NCBI GenBank assembly: GCA_964559435.1
Contig: CAZLHI010000014.1
Coordinates: 1,178 to 65,177 of the forward strand
From: an uncultured bacterium
GTDB lineage: Bacteria; Armatimonadota; Hebobacteria; Hebobacterales; Hebobacteraceae
Reading direction: 5' to 3'
DNA: 64,000 nt
Shown here: one piece after another, positions 48,850-56,941 of the stretch
Position numbering within the stretch: the stretch's first letter is position 1
Layout: each line of letters opens with the position of its first letter
Program-made: the position numbers and the translations under genes
Notes under the pieces: generated by a model
Databases searched by the model: none
What the model was told of the DNA's origin: nothing
Seen by the model: only the letters and a program-made list of their open reading frames with translations

Positions 48850-49758
48850 CTAAGGATATTCGCCCCGCGCGAGTCCTTTGACATCGGGAATGTGCACTGA
48901 TATCTGCCACTTCCCCGTGTCCTTCCGTTCCGCGAGGACTGCTCTTGCCTCCGCGAGCATGTCTGCTGCCTCCTTTGGGCCCGTCTCCGGCGTCACCGCT
49001 ATGAAGAGGCGGAACGGCTCTTGTGGAGGAGCAGGCCGATCGAGCGCGAGAATCTCCCGCAGCGATCGCTCAACCTGGACAACGGTTCCCGCCTGCTCCA
49101 GGGAATCCAGGTCCATAGGCCCATAGGCCTGGATCTCCACAATCATCTCCCCCTGAAGGCGGTCGCGAACGTCCGCGGCCACCTCGTCGGCTATCCGCTG
49201 CTCGCGATCAGTGCGCGCGAGGGATCGGTCGAACGGATAGCTGAACGCCAGGACGAGGTAAGCGTAAATCAGGAGCAATGCGATCGCCATGCCGCGCCCG
49301 AGCCCGTACTTAACCCACGGGTTGCGGTACTGGCGCACCCGCTTCGTCACCCAGGCGTCGAGGTCGAACTGCTTGCCCCGAAGGCGCGCCCCCAATGCAG
49401 TCAGGCAGAACGACCATCCTTCGGTCCGCATCGGCAACAGGAGCATGGTCTGGTGCATGCCCAGTGTGAACACAGCCCCCCCAACGATGATGGAGGTGAG
49501 CGGGTAGTCGGTGTCGAATGCGCCGTAGTACGTCACCCCCATCGCCACGCCGAGCACGGCCGCGACGACCGCCCACACCCAGCGGGCGCCCCAGAGCATC
49601 TCTCGTCTGTAGGGGAAGTCAGGCAGGCGCAGCAACATTCGCCAAGACGCGTAGCCGACCCCCAGGACGTACACGAGGAAGGCTGCGTAGACGAGCAGCA
49701 GCCGCGGTGCGAAGATCCGCTCTGCGACCATGCGTGCCATCTCATCGTGGATCATCAT
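48850..49758 (-). CDS. hypothetical membrane protein
   Basis: Six predicted TM helices in the N-terminal 200 aa and a soluble C-terminal tail. No family recognised. Confidence 0.55.
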   Translation of the reverse strand: MMIHDEMARMVAERIFAPRLLLVYAAFLVYVLGVGYASWRMLLRLPDFPYRREMLWGARWVWAVVAAVLGVAMGVTYYGAFDTDYPLTSIIVGGAVFTLGMHQTMLLLPMRTEGWSFCLTALGARLRGKQFDLDAWVTKRVRQYRNPWVKYGLGRGMAIALLLIYAYLVLAFSYPFDRSLARTDREQRIADEVAADVRDRLQGEMIVEIQAYGPMDLDSLEQAGTVVQVERSLREILALDRPAPPQEPFRLFIAVTPETGPKEAADMLAEARAVLAERKDTGKWQISVHIPDVKGLARGEYP

Positions 49759-49818
49759 GCCCCCTCGTCGGTGCTGTTCCCCGTTCGGACCTCTCAGACG
49801 CGCGCTGGAGAAGCGTCG

Positions 49819-50583
49819 CTACGCCTCCAGCACCCCGACCTCTCTCAGCAGCGCCTTGACGGCATTATACGCTGGGCTGTCGTCTCCCACCGCCACCAGC
49901 GGCTTCCCTCTCAAATCCAAGTCCCTCAACTCGTCGTCTTCCGGGATGGTTATCGGCTCCGGGAGGCCCCGCTCCCGCGCTGCGCGGCTGAGTTCCTGGG
50001 GTAGTTGATCCTGAACGCGCGTGAACGCAAACGCCGTCCGTCCCACCTTCGTGTCCAGCTCCTTCACCAAGTCGAGCACTCGCTTCACGGTGTCGAGGCT
50101 CCTCACGCTTGGGTCAGAGAGCAGAATCAACACGTCAACATCGCCCGCTGTCCTTCTGCTCAGGTGCTCGAGACCGGCCTCGCAGTCAAGCACGACGTAG
50201 CGGTACTGCTTCCCGAGTTGGTCCACACACGCCCGCAGAATAGAGTTGGCGAAGCAGTAGCACCCCGGCCCCTCCGGCCGCCCCATCGCCAGCAAGTCGA
50301 ATCCCTTCTCCTCTACAAGGGCCTCCTGAATGCGTAGGCGCAGGAACTCAGCCTTGGCCATCCCGCCGGGAAGCGATGCCGTGCGGTCGAGGCCCTCCTC
50401 CCGCACGTCCCCCACCGTGTCCGTCGCCTTGACTCCGAGGGCCGCGTCGAGGTTCAGGTTTGGGTCAGCGTCCACCGCAAGGACGGAACCTTTGCTGGCC
50501 TCAACCAGGGCTCGTACGATAAGCGCCGCCACAGTTGTCTTGCCGACGCCGCCCTTGCCCGTCACGGCGATGACCTCAGCCAT
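49819..50583 (-). CDS. cooC: CooC/AcsF-family Ni-insertion ATPase (MinD/ParA superfamily), copy 2
   Basis: ATG at aa 68 of the track ORF. Deviant Walker A TGKGGVGKTT, DADPN, and the CxC metal motif EGPGCYC. Confidence 0.8.
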   Translation of the reverse strand: MAEVIAVTGKGGVGKTTVAALIVRALVEASKGSVLAVDADPNLNLDAALGVKATDTVGDVREEGLDRTASLPGGMAKAEFLRLRIQEALVEEKGFDLLAMGRPEGPGCYCFANSILRACVDQLGKQYRYVVLDCEAGLEHLSRRTAGDVDVLILLSDPSVRSLDTVKRVLDLVKELDTKVGRTAFAFTRVQDQLPQELSRAARERGLPEPITIPEDDELRDLDLRGKPLVAVGDDSPAYNAVKALLREVGVLEA

Positions 50584-51358
50584 GTGCGCCCTCCTCGTTC
50601 GGCAGCAAGTCCAACAGCTGGCCGCGGAGGCGCTCAACGGCCGCCGCATAGGCACCCGACTCCGGCACCGCCTCTGAGCCGGCAACCGCGTCGTCGAGTG
50701 GCAGAGCTGCCAGGACCGGGAGCCCGTCGAGGTAGGGGAGAATCTCGGCCGCCGCGTCATCAGATGCGGCCTTGTTGAGCACAATGCCGGGCAGTCGCAG
50801 CCCGAGTCCCTTCGCCAGCCGCGCGATGCGCGCCGCTGTTCGCGCGCTTGCCGCCGTCGGCTCCGCCACTATGAGCAAAGCCCCCACATGCATGGCCGTC
50901 CCGCGCCCCAGGTGCTCCAGACCCGCCTCCATGTCCATCACCAGCGAGTACTCCTGAAGGCTGACAAGGTGCCGGACCAGCGCCTTGAGCACGGCGCTCT
51001 CCGGGCACACACATCCCGCTCCCGGCTCATCGACCGTTCCCATCACGAGCAGGGCCACGCCCTGGTGTTCTACCTTGAAACGGTCGAGCAAGTCTTTGAC
51101 CTCGGGGTTGAGTGCGAAGAATCCTCCGCCGTTCGGTGTCCCCGCCCGCTCGGCCAGGAGGTCCGTCATCTCCGACAGGGGCGTGACACGGGCCAGCAGT
51201 TTCTCTGGCATCCCGAGTGCTCTTCCGAGACAGTTGTTCGGGTCCGCGTCCACAGCCAGGACGCGCTCGCCGGACCTCACGAGGGCGTGGATAAGGGCAG
51301 CGCTCAGTGTTGTCTTCCCGACCCCGCCTTTTCCCGCAACCGCGATCTTTATGCGCAT
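50576..51358 (-). CDS. cooC: CooC/AcsF-family Ni-insertion ATPase (MinD/ParA superfamily), copy 1
   Basis: ATG at aa 15 of the track ORF. AGKGGVGKTT, DADPN, and CxC motif EPGAGCVCP. 8-nt overlap with copy 2. Confidence 0.8.
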   Translation of the reverse strand: MRIKIAVAGKGGVGKTTLSAALIHALVRSGERVLAVDADPNNCLGRALGMPEKLLARVTPLSEMTDLLAERAGTPNGGGFFALNPEVKDLLDRFKVEHQGVALLVMGTVDEPGAGCVCPESAVLKALVRHLVSLQEYSLVMDMEAGLEHLGRGTAMHVGALLIVAEPTAASARTAARIARLAKGLGLRLPGIVLNKAASDDAAAEILPYLDGLPVLAALPLDDAVAGSEAVPESGAYAAAVERLRGQLLDLLPNEEGAHG

Positions 51359-51593
51359 TCTGTTCTCTCGCGTGGCGGCCACGGGACGCAATTTGGGCAT
51401 AGAAGGCCGCTTATGTCGCGTTTATCTGACAAACGCCGGGCTGGGAAACCGGCTGTCCTCGGCGATAGACACACGTCGTTTGCCTATTTGCCCGTTTGGG
51501 TATAGAGTATCTGACGGCGCCGCCCAGGACCGGACCGGAAGAGAACGCAGAAAGCGGAAGAGCTGAGCTTGCACGAAGGGCGGTACCGTCCTA

Positions 51594-52970
51594 TCACCGG
51601 AGGGACAGGCCGTCACCCCCCCTCGCCCCGGCTTGTCCCTCCAACCTTTTGGGCTTTTGGGGCGGGGACAGGTAACGCCCGCACCCCAGATTCCCTGTCG
51701 GATCATAGGCCTCCTTCAGCCTCCACATCAGGTCGAGGTTCGGGATGTTGCCCCAGACAGTGAAACTGCGTTTCATTTCGAGCGGGCCGGCCTCCAGCAC
51801 GGCCGCTCCTCCCCTCTGCCGGGCGAACTCCCGAAGCCTGATCAACTCTGCCCTGACAACATCCGGCTCCCTATCGCCCGGCGGGCCGAGGTGGACGACA
51901 CCATCCCCGCCCCGTGCTACAGCCCACCACCCCTGGAGGTGAGCAGCGAGATCGACTGCCTCGGCTGCCGCGGACACGGGCAGGCTTGCGCGGGCTACTA
52001 CCGCTAGCTTGTCCCTGGGATGGGGAGCATCGCGCAGAGCCTGCCACACTGCTTCAGCATCCGCGTGATCGAGCCGGGCGCACGCGCCTGCCGACAGCGA
52101 GCGGATCTCACCTTCTTGCCGCCTGATCGAGGCCAGATCGCCCATGAGGCCGACGAACACCACCCGCGTCTCGGCTGTTGGCGTGAGCGGCAGCGACAGC
52201 TTCATCCGCCGCACGGCCTCCTCGTTCGCGATGTCGAGAGATGCGACCTCCAACCGCGACGTCAGGAGCTTCAGCGTCACATCTTTCACATCGCGTGCGG
52301 GAACGCTCATGATGAGCAGCGCTCTGGCATCTGGCATCGGAGTAAGTCGCACCGTCACCTCGCAGATTGCGCCGAGCGTGCCGAAGGAACCCACAAAGAG
52401 CTTCGTCAGCTCATAGCCGGCGACGTTCTTGACCGTCTTGCCGCCGGTCTTGATGAGGGTACCTTCGGCCAGCGCGACCCGCAAGCCGATGACGAGGTCG
52501 CGCGGGGAGCCGTATCGCATTCTGATCGGCCCGGCCAGGTTCGTGGCCGCCGTCCCCCCCAGAGTTGCCCTGTCGCCGCCTGGGGGGTCGAGAGGGAGCA
52601 TCTGTCCCCGCTCCCCCACGACACGCTGCACCTGCCCAAGCGTGATACCCGCCTGCGCCGTAATCGTCAGATTCTCTGCGTCGTATTCAACTACGTCGGA
52701 GAGCCCCTTTGTCGAGACCACCAGGCCGACGGGGCCGGGCGGCGCGCCGAGATGCATGTGCCTGCCCCCGCCTCTCACGAGCACGGAGAGGCCGCCATCG
52801 GCTGCTCTCCGCAGCAGTCCCGCGACCTGAACGGGCGACTCAGGGAGCGCGACGGCCACAGGCTGCTGGCCGTCCACACGGTATGTGACAACTGCGTCAG
52901 TCGCGCTGAGCAAGTTCCCGGGGCCGACGATCTCTTCGAGGCCGTGCAAGGTGTCGCCGAGCACGGTCAT
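51594..52970 (-). CDS. FAD-binding oxidoreductase (GlcE-like FAD-linked oxidase subunit)
   Basis: ATG at aa 63 of the track ORF (ATGA overlap with the upstream gene). FAD-binding PCMH-type domain (…VALPESPVQVAGLLRRAADGGLSVLVRGGG…). Confidence 0.8.
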   Translation of the reverse strand: MTVLGDTLHGLEEIVGPGNLLSATDAVVTYRVDGQQPVAVALPESPVQVAGLLRRAADGGLSVLVRGGGRHMHLGAPPGPVGLVVSTKGLSDVVEYDAENLTITAQAGITLGQVQRVVGERGQMLPLDPPGGDRATLGGTAATNLAGPIRMRYGSPRDLVIGLRVALAEGTLIKTGGKTVKNVAGYELTKLFVGSFGTLGAICEVTVRLTPMPDARALLIMSVPARDVKDVTLKLLTSRLEVASLDIANEEAVRRMKLSLPLTPTAETRVVFVGLMGDLASIRRQEGEIRSLSAGACARLDHADAEAVWQALRDAPHPRDKLAVVARASLPVSAAAEAVDLAAHLQGWWAVARGGDGVVHLGPPGDREPDVVRAELIRLREFARQRGGAAVLEAGPLEMKRSFTVWGNIPNLDLMWRLKEAYDPTGNLGCGRYLSPPQKPKRLEGQAGARGGDGLSLR

Positions 52971-54361
52971 GATGTTTTCCGGCCCGTCGGCTCGGGCAGC
53001 ACCTTCCTTGGATTGGCGAGGCCGCCGGGGTCGAGGACCAGCTTCAACTTCCGCAGGGCTTCGATATCCTCCGGCGAGTAGAGAAGACTCATGAACTGCA
53101 CCTTCTCCGCGCCGACGCCGTGCTCTCCCGTTATCGTGCCACCGGCTTCGGCGCACACCCGGAAGATCTCCGCCGTCGCCTGCTCCGCGCGCCTGAAATC
53201 GTCTTCATCGTCGCGCTCGAACAGTATGTTCGAGTGCAGGTTGCCGTCACCGGCATGGAAGACCTTCGCAATCCGCACTCCGTGACGGCGCTCGATCTCG
53301 TTGATCTTCCGGAGCACCTCCGGGATCTTGGTCCGCGGGACGGTGGCGTCGTTGACCAGCATGGCCGGCGAAAGCCGGGCGGTCGCGCCGAAGGCAGAAC
53401 GGCGTGCCGACCAGAGCTTCTCTCGCTCCTCGGGCGTGCGTCCAACGGCGACCTCCCGCGCCTTAAGCTCTCGACAGATCTCCTCGCACCGGGCCGCCTG
53501 GCGGTCCAGCGATTCGCGCAGGCCGTCGAGTTCGATCAGCAGCACCGCCTCGACGTCCAGCGGGAGCCCCGACGGGAACGATGCCTCTACCGCTTCGATC
53601 GTCTGACGGTCCATGATCTCCAGGGCCGCCGGCATCATGCCTTCTGCTATGATCCTCGACACCGCCTGGCCTGCCGCCTCCAGCGTTTCGAAGATTGCGA
53701 GGACTATCTGGATGTCGTCCGGCAGCGGACTGAGTCTCAGCACCATCTCAGTCACAATGCCCAGAGTCCCTTCGGACCCGATGAGAACGCCCACGAGGTC
53801 GTACCCCGGTGGGTCGAGCACCTTGCCGCCGAACCGCCGCACCTCACCGGACGGCAGCACGACGGTCAGCCCGGTGACGTGGTTGACGGTCACTCCGTAT
53901 CTCAAGCAGTGCGGCCCCCCGGCGTTCTCCGCCACGTTGCCCCCGACCGTGGACACCTTCTGGCTTGCCGGGTCGGGACAGAACTGAAGTCCGTGGGGTG
54001 CGAGGATGTTCTGCAGGTCGAGGTTCACGACGCCGGGCTGCGCGACGGCCCGGAGGTTCTCGACGTCGATCTCGAGCACTCGGTTCATGCGCGACAGGAC
54101 GATGACGACGCCGCCCTTGAGTGGCACCGACCCGCCGGACAAGTTCGTGCCGGCTCCTCGCGGCACGAAGGGGATCCGGCGTTCGGCGCAGAGCTTGACG
54201 ATGCGAGCCACCTCTTCGGTGGACTCGGGGAAGACGACTGCGTCCGGCCGGCCCTCTGCCGTCGATGAGTCGTAACTATAGAGCAGCAAATCGGCCGGCT
54301 TCGTGAGCACGTTTTGCCGGCCGACGATCTTCTCCAGCGCACGGATGACCTTCTTGTCCAC
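52967..54361 (-). CDS. FAD-linked oxidase (GlcD-like)
   Basis: GTG at V38 of the track ORF, after GGGAG. FAD-binding domain (…VVFPESTEEVARIVKLCAERRIPFVPRGAGTNLSGGSVP…) and C-terminal FAD-oxidase domain. Confidence 0.85.
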   Translation of the reverse strand: MDKKVIRALEKIVGRQNVLTKPADLLLYSYDSSTAEGRPDAVVFPESTEEVARIVKLCAERRIPFVPRGAGTNLSGGSVPLKGGVVIVLSRMNRVLEIDVENLRAVAQPGVVNLDLQNILAPHGLQFCPDPASQKVSTVGGNVAENAGGPHCLRYGVTVNHVTGLTVVLPSGEVRRFGGKVLDPPGYDLVGVLIGSEGTLGIVTEMVLRLSPLPDDIQIVLAIFETLEAAGQAVSRIIAEGMMPAALEIMDRQTIEAVEASFPSGLPLDVEAVLLIELDGLRESLDRQAARCEEICRELKAREVAVGRTPEEREKLWSARRSAFGATARLSPAMLVNDATVPRTKIPEVLRKINEIERRHGVRIAKVFHAGDGNLHSNILFERDDEDDFRRAEQATAEIFRVCAEAGGTITGEHGVGAEKVQFMSLLYSPEDIEALRKLKLVLDPGGLANPRKVLPEPTGRKTS

Positions 54362-54435
54362 TGCGACACTCCCAGCCGATTCTATCACCCCTCCAGACAG
54401 ATTCGGAGGGCGTCGGTCTGCGTCCTGCCCTGAGC

Positions 54436-55317
54436 TTAGCTCTTCCTCAGAACATAGGCCACATGCGACCACTCATCGGCATCATCTATGGGCAGCCCAT
54501 CGCCGGGGTCTGACTTACCTTCTGCCCGGTGCACCTCGGTCACTGACGCCACCTCGAAACCGATGCTTTCCCAGAGCCGCTCCAGGTTCTCCCACGACGA
54601 GTTCTCGCACCCGAGTGACTCCAAGTAGGGGGCCGTCTTCGAGTTGGCGTCGTACACGCGGCACGTAGCATAGATTTTGCCGCCCGGCTTCAGCGCGCGG
54701 TAGGCCTCGCGGTAAGCGCCGCCGCAGCGAGGCGGGCGGCTTCCCGTCGGATCATCCTGGCAGCACTGAAATCCGAGCTGGGAGGTGAAGGCGTCCACCG
54801 ACTCGTCGCGCAAGGGCATGCGATGGCCGTCGAAGGCGGCGAAGCCGAGCTTGGCCGCCCTGGGCTCATCTGCCCAGGCAGCCTTCAGTCCGCGGAGCAT
54901 GTCCACTGCCACGTCGCTTGCGAGGAAGTGAGATCGCTGGGTGAGCAAGGGCAGAAGTGCTCCCATGAAAGAGCCGCCCGGGCCCGTCGCCACGTCAACG
55001 ATGAGCCCCTCGGCCGAAGCGGCAGAATCGATGAAGCCCGAGAAGAGTTCCGAGTGGTCGTACTCCTGCTGCGGGCTGCGGATGTTGCGCTTGTACAGCT
55101 CTTGAGTCAGCATACCCTCGGGCCAGGAATCGCTGACCTTCGCCATGTGCTCACGGTCCCCGAGGACCGGTATCCCGTCGACCACCTCGAAGCCGCGGCC
55201 ACAACCGCTGCATTCGAGCGCGCCCCGCAAGATCGCAGTGTGGGCCTCTCCTTCCGCGACGTTGAGAGACTCGCGACAGAACGGGCAGCATAAGACGTCG
55301 AGGAGTGAGACGTCCAC
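54436..55317 (-). CDS. class I SAM-dependent methyltransferase with N-terminal Trm112-like zinc ribbon
   Basis: LLDVLCCPFCRESL…CSGCGRGFEVVDGIPVL (Trm112-like), then a methyltransferase fold (…LIVDVATGPGGSF…). Confidence 0.75.
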   Translation of the reverse strand: MDVSLLDVLCCPFCRESLNVAEGEAHTAILRGALECSGCGRGFEVVDGIPVLGDREHMAKVSDSWPEGMLTQELYKRNIRSPQQEYDHSELFSGFIDSAASAEGLIVDVATGPGGSFMGALLPLLTQRSHFLASDVAVDMLRGLKAAWADEPRAAKLGFAAFDGHRMPLRDESVDAFTSQLGFQCCQDDPTGSRPPRCGGAYREAYRALKPGGKIYATCRVYDANSKTAPYLESLGCENSSWENLERLWESIGFEVASVTEVHRAEGKSDPGDGLPIDDADEWSHVAYVLRKS

Positions 55318-55718
55318 TTCCCCCCTCCCGGGCCGATGATGAACTCAGCGACGACTGGATATGAGTGTGCGCCTACGCCCAGTCGCCCTCCCCGAGATTC
55401 GCTATCACTCCCTCGGCCTCCTCTGGGGTCAGCTCCTGCTGGTAGAGGGCCTTGAAGATCACACGGATAGGCCGATCCAGATCGTGATCGGTCTCCTTGG
55501 GCATGCCAGTGTCCGTCGAGGCGGCTCGACACTTAGGAGATGCATCTCACCGCCCGAATGGTTCCATCGCCTCTGGGGGATGACCTCGTTCCGAGCCATC
55601 TCTTGCTCGATCCTCGCGTCATCGGGCCTTGACCGCGCAGTATCGCCGCGGGACAATGCTTGGGCCGAAGCTCGCCTGTTGGCATCCGCTGCCGCCGGCG
55701 TGCGGAAGGGATCTCTCA

Positions 55719-56666
55719 ATGCTCAAGCCGCGGAAGGTCTGCATCATCGGCGCCGGCAACGTCGGCTCCACGTTCGCTTACACGCTCATGCAGTCCGGCC
55801 TCGCGCGCGAGATTGTCCTCATTGACATCGATAGAGAGCGCGCCGAGGGCGAGGCGATGGACTTGAACCACGGACTCTTCTTCGCTCCGCCGGTGGACAT
55901 CCGGGCAGGCGACTACAACGAGTGCTCGGACGCGGCGCTCATCGTCATAACCGCTGGCGCCAAGCAGGAGCCGGGCGAGTCCCGGCTCGACCTCGTCCAG
56001 CGAAATGCGGCCATCTGCAAGCAGGTCACGGCTGAGATCACATCTCGCACCGGCGAGGCGGTCGTCATCATGGTGACAAACCCGGTGGACGTCCTCACAT
56101 ATGTCGCCCAGGAACTCTCGGGCTGGTCGCATGGCCGCATCCTTGGCTCCGGCACAGTCCTTGATTCGGCGCGATTCCGCTACTTGCTGAGCGACCATTG
56201 TCGGGTCGATCCCCGCAATGTTCACGCCTACATCATCGGCGAGCACGGCGACTCCGAGGTCGGTGTGTGGAGCATGACCCACATCGCGGGCGTCCGCATG
56301 GCCGATTACTGCCGCCACATCTGCCGGCGAACCTGCACCGGTGAGGATCGCGCGAAGATCCTCGACCAGGTCCGCGACTCCGCCTACCACGTCATCGAAT
56401 CCAAGGGCGCTACCTACTACGGGGTGAGCATGGCTCTCGAGCGTATCACATCCGCCATCCTGCGCGACGAGAACAGCGTGCTCACCGTCTCGCTCCGTGC
56501 CGACGGGCAATACGGCCTCGAGGGCGTGTGTCTCAGCCTCCCTGCCATCGTCAACGGGAATGGAGTTCATCGGGTCATCGACGCGTCGCTGCCACAAGAG
56601 GAGCGGGAGGCGCTGCACCGATCCGCTGACGTGCTGAAGAAGACCATCGCCGGGGTCAGAATCTGA
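55719..56666 (+). CDS. ldh: L-lactate dehydrogenase
   Basis: ATG 55719 (aa 31 of the track ORF) follows GGAAGGG. KVCIIGAGNVGSTFAY, catalytic GEHGDS, substrate-site Arg and His contexts. Full-length LDH/MDH fold. Confidence 0.9.
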   Translation: MLKPRKVCIIGAGNVGSTFAYTLMQSGLAREIVLIDIDRERAEGEAMDLNHGLFFAPPVDIRAGDYNECSDAALIVITAGAKQEPGESRLDLVQRNAAICKQVTAEITSRTGEAVVIMVTNPVDVLTYVAQELSGWSHGRILGSGTVLDSARFRYLLSDHCRVDPRNVHAYIIGEHGDSEVGVWSMTHIAGVRMADYCRHICRRTCTGEDRAKILDQVRDSAYHVIESKGATYYGVSMALERITSAILRDENSVLTVSLRADGQYGLEGVCLSLPAIVNGNGVHRVIDASLPQEEREALHRSADVLKKTIAGVRI

Positions 56667-56806
56667 GCGGGCGCTGCCTGCGCGTTGGCGCGCTCAGGCG
56701 AGTAGGGGAGGAGCGCGAGTCCCCTCAGCGAACCCATGTGGTGCTTGGCAGGCGGAAGCCGCGGCCGCTTCCCTCAGAGAGAATCGCTTGTAGAGGCAGG
56801 GCAGGA

Positions 56807-56909
56807 GTCCCTAGGCCCTTAGGATCCGGGATGTCCCTAGGCCCTCAGGGGCCGGGATGGCGGCCGCCTCTGGCGGCCTAGCCAGCGGCCGCCTCTGGCG
56901 GCCTAGCCA
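56807..56909 (+). repeat. two adjacent tandem duplications of palindrome-containing units (2 x 26 nt and 2 x 25 nt)
   Basis: GTCCCTAGGCCCTTAGGATCCGGGAT / GTCCCTAGGCCCTCAGGGGCCGGGAT followed by GCGGCCGCCTCTGGCGGCCTAGCCA x2. Each second unit contains the hairpin GGCCGCC-tctg-GGCGGCC. Lies 33 nt upstream of the radical SAM gene. Confidence 0.7.
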
Positions 56910-56941
56910 CTTGGCTCCTGCCCCACGTACAAGAGAGCACA

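Noticed and set aside
56807-56909. Repeat block considered as a CRISPR array.
   Set aside because: It has only two copies of each unit, directly abutting with no spacers, and no cas genes in the window.
56667-56941. Cobalamin riboswitch upstream of the B12-binding radical SAM gene.
   Set aside because: No B12-box-like consensus (…AGYCMGgAgaCCkGCC…) could be found by eye. The region is dominated by the tandem repeats. A cmsearch would be needed to exclude it formally.
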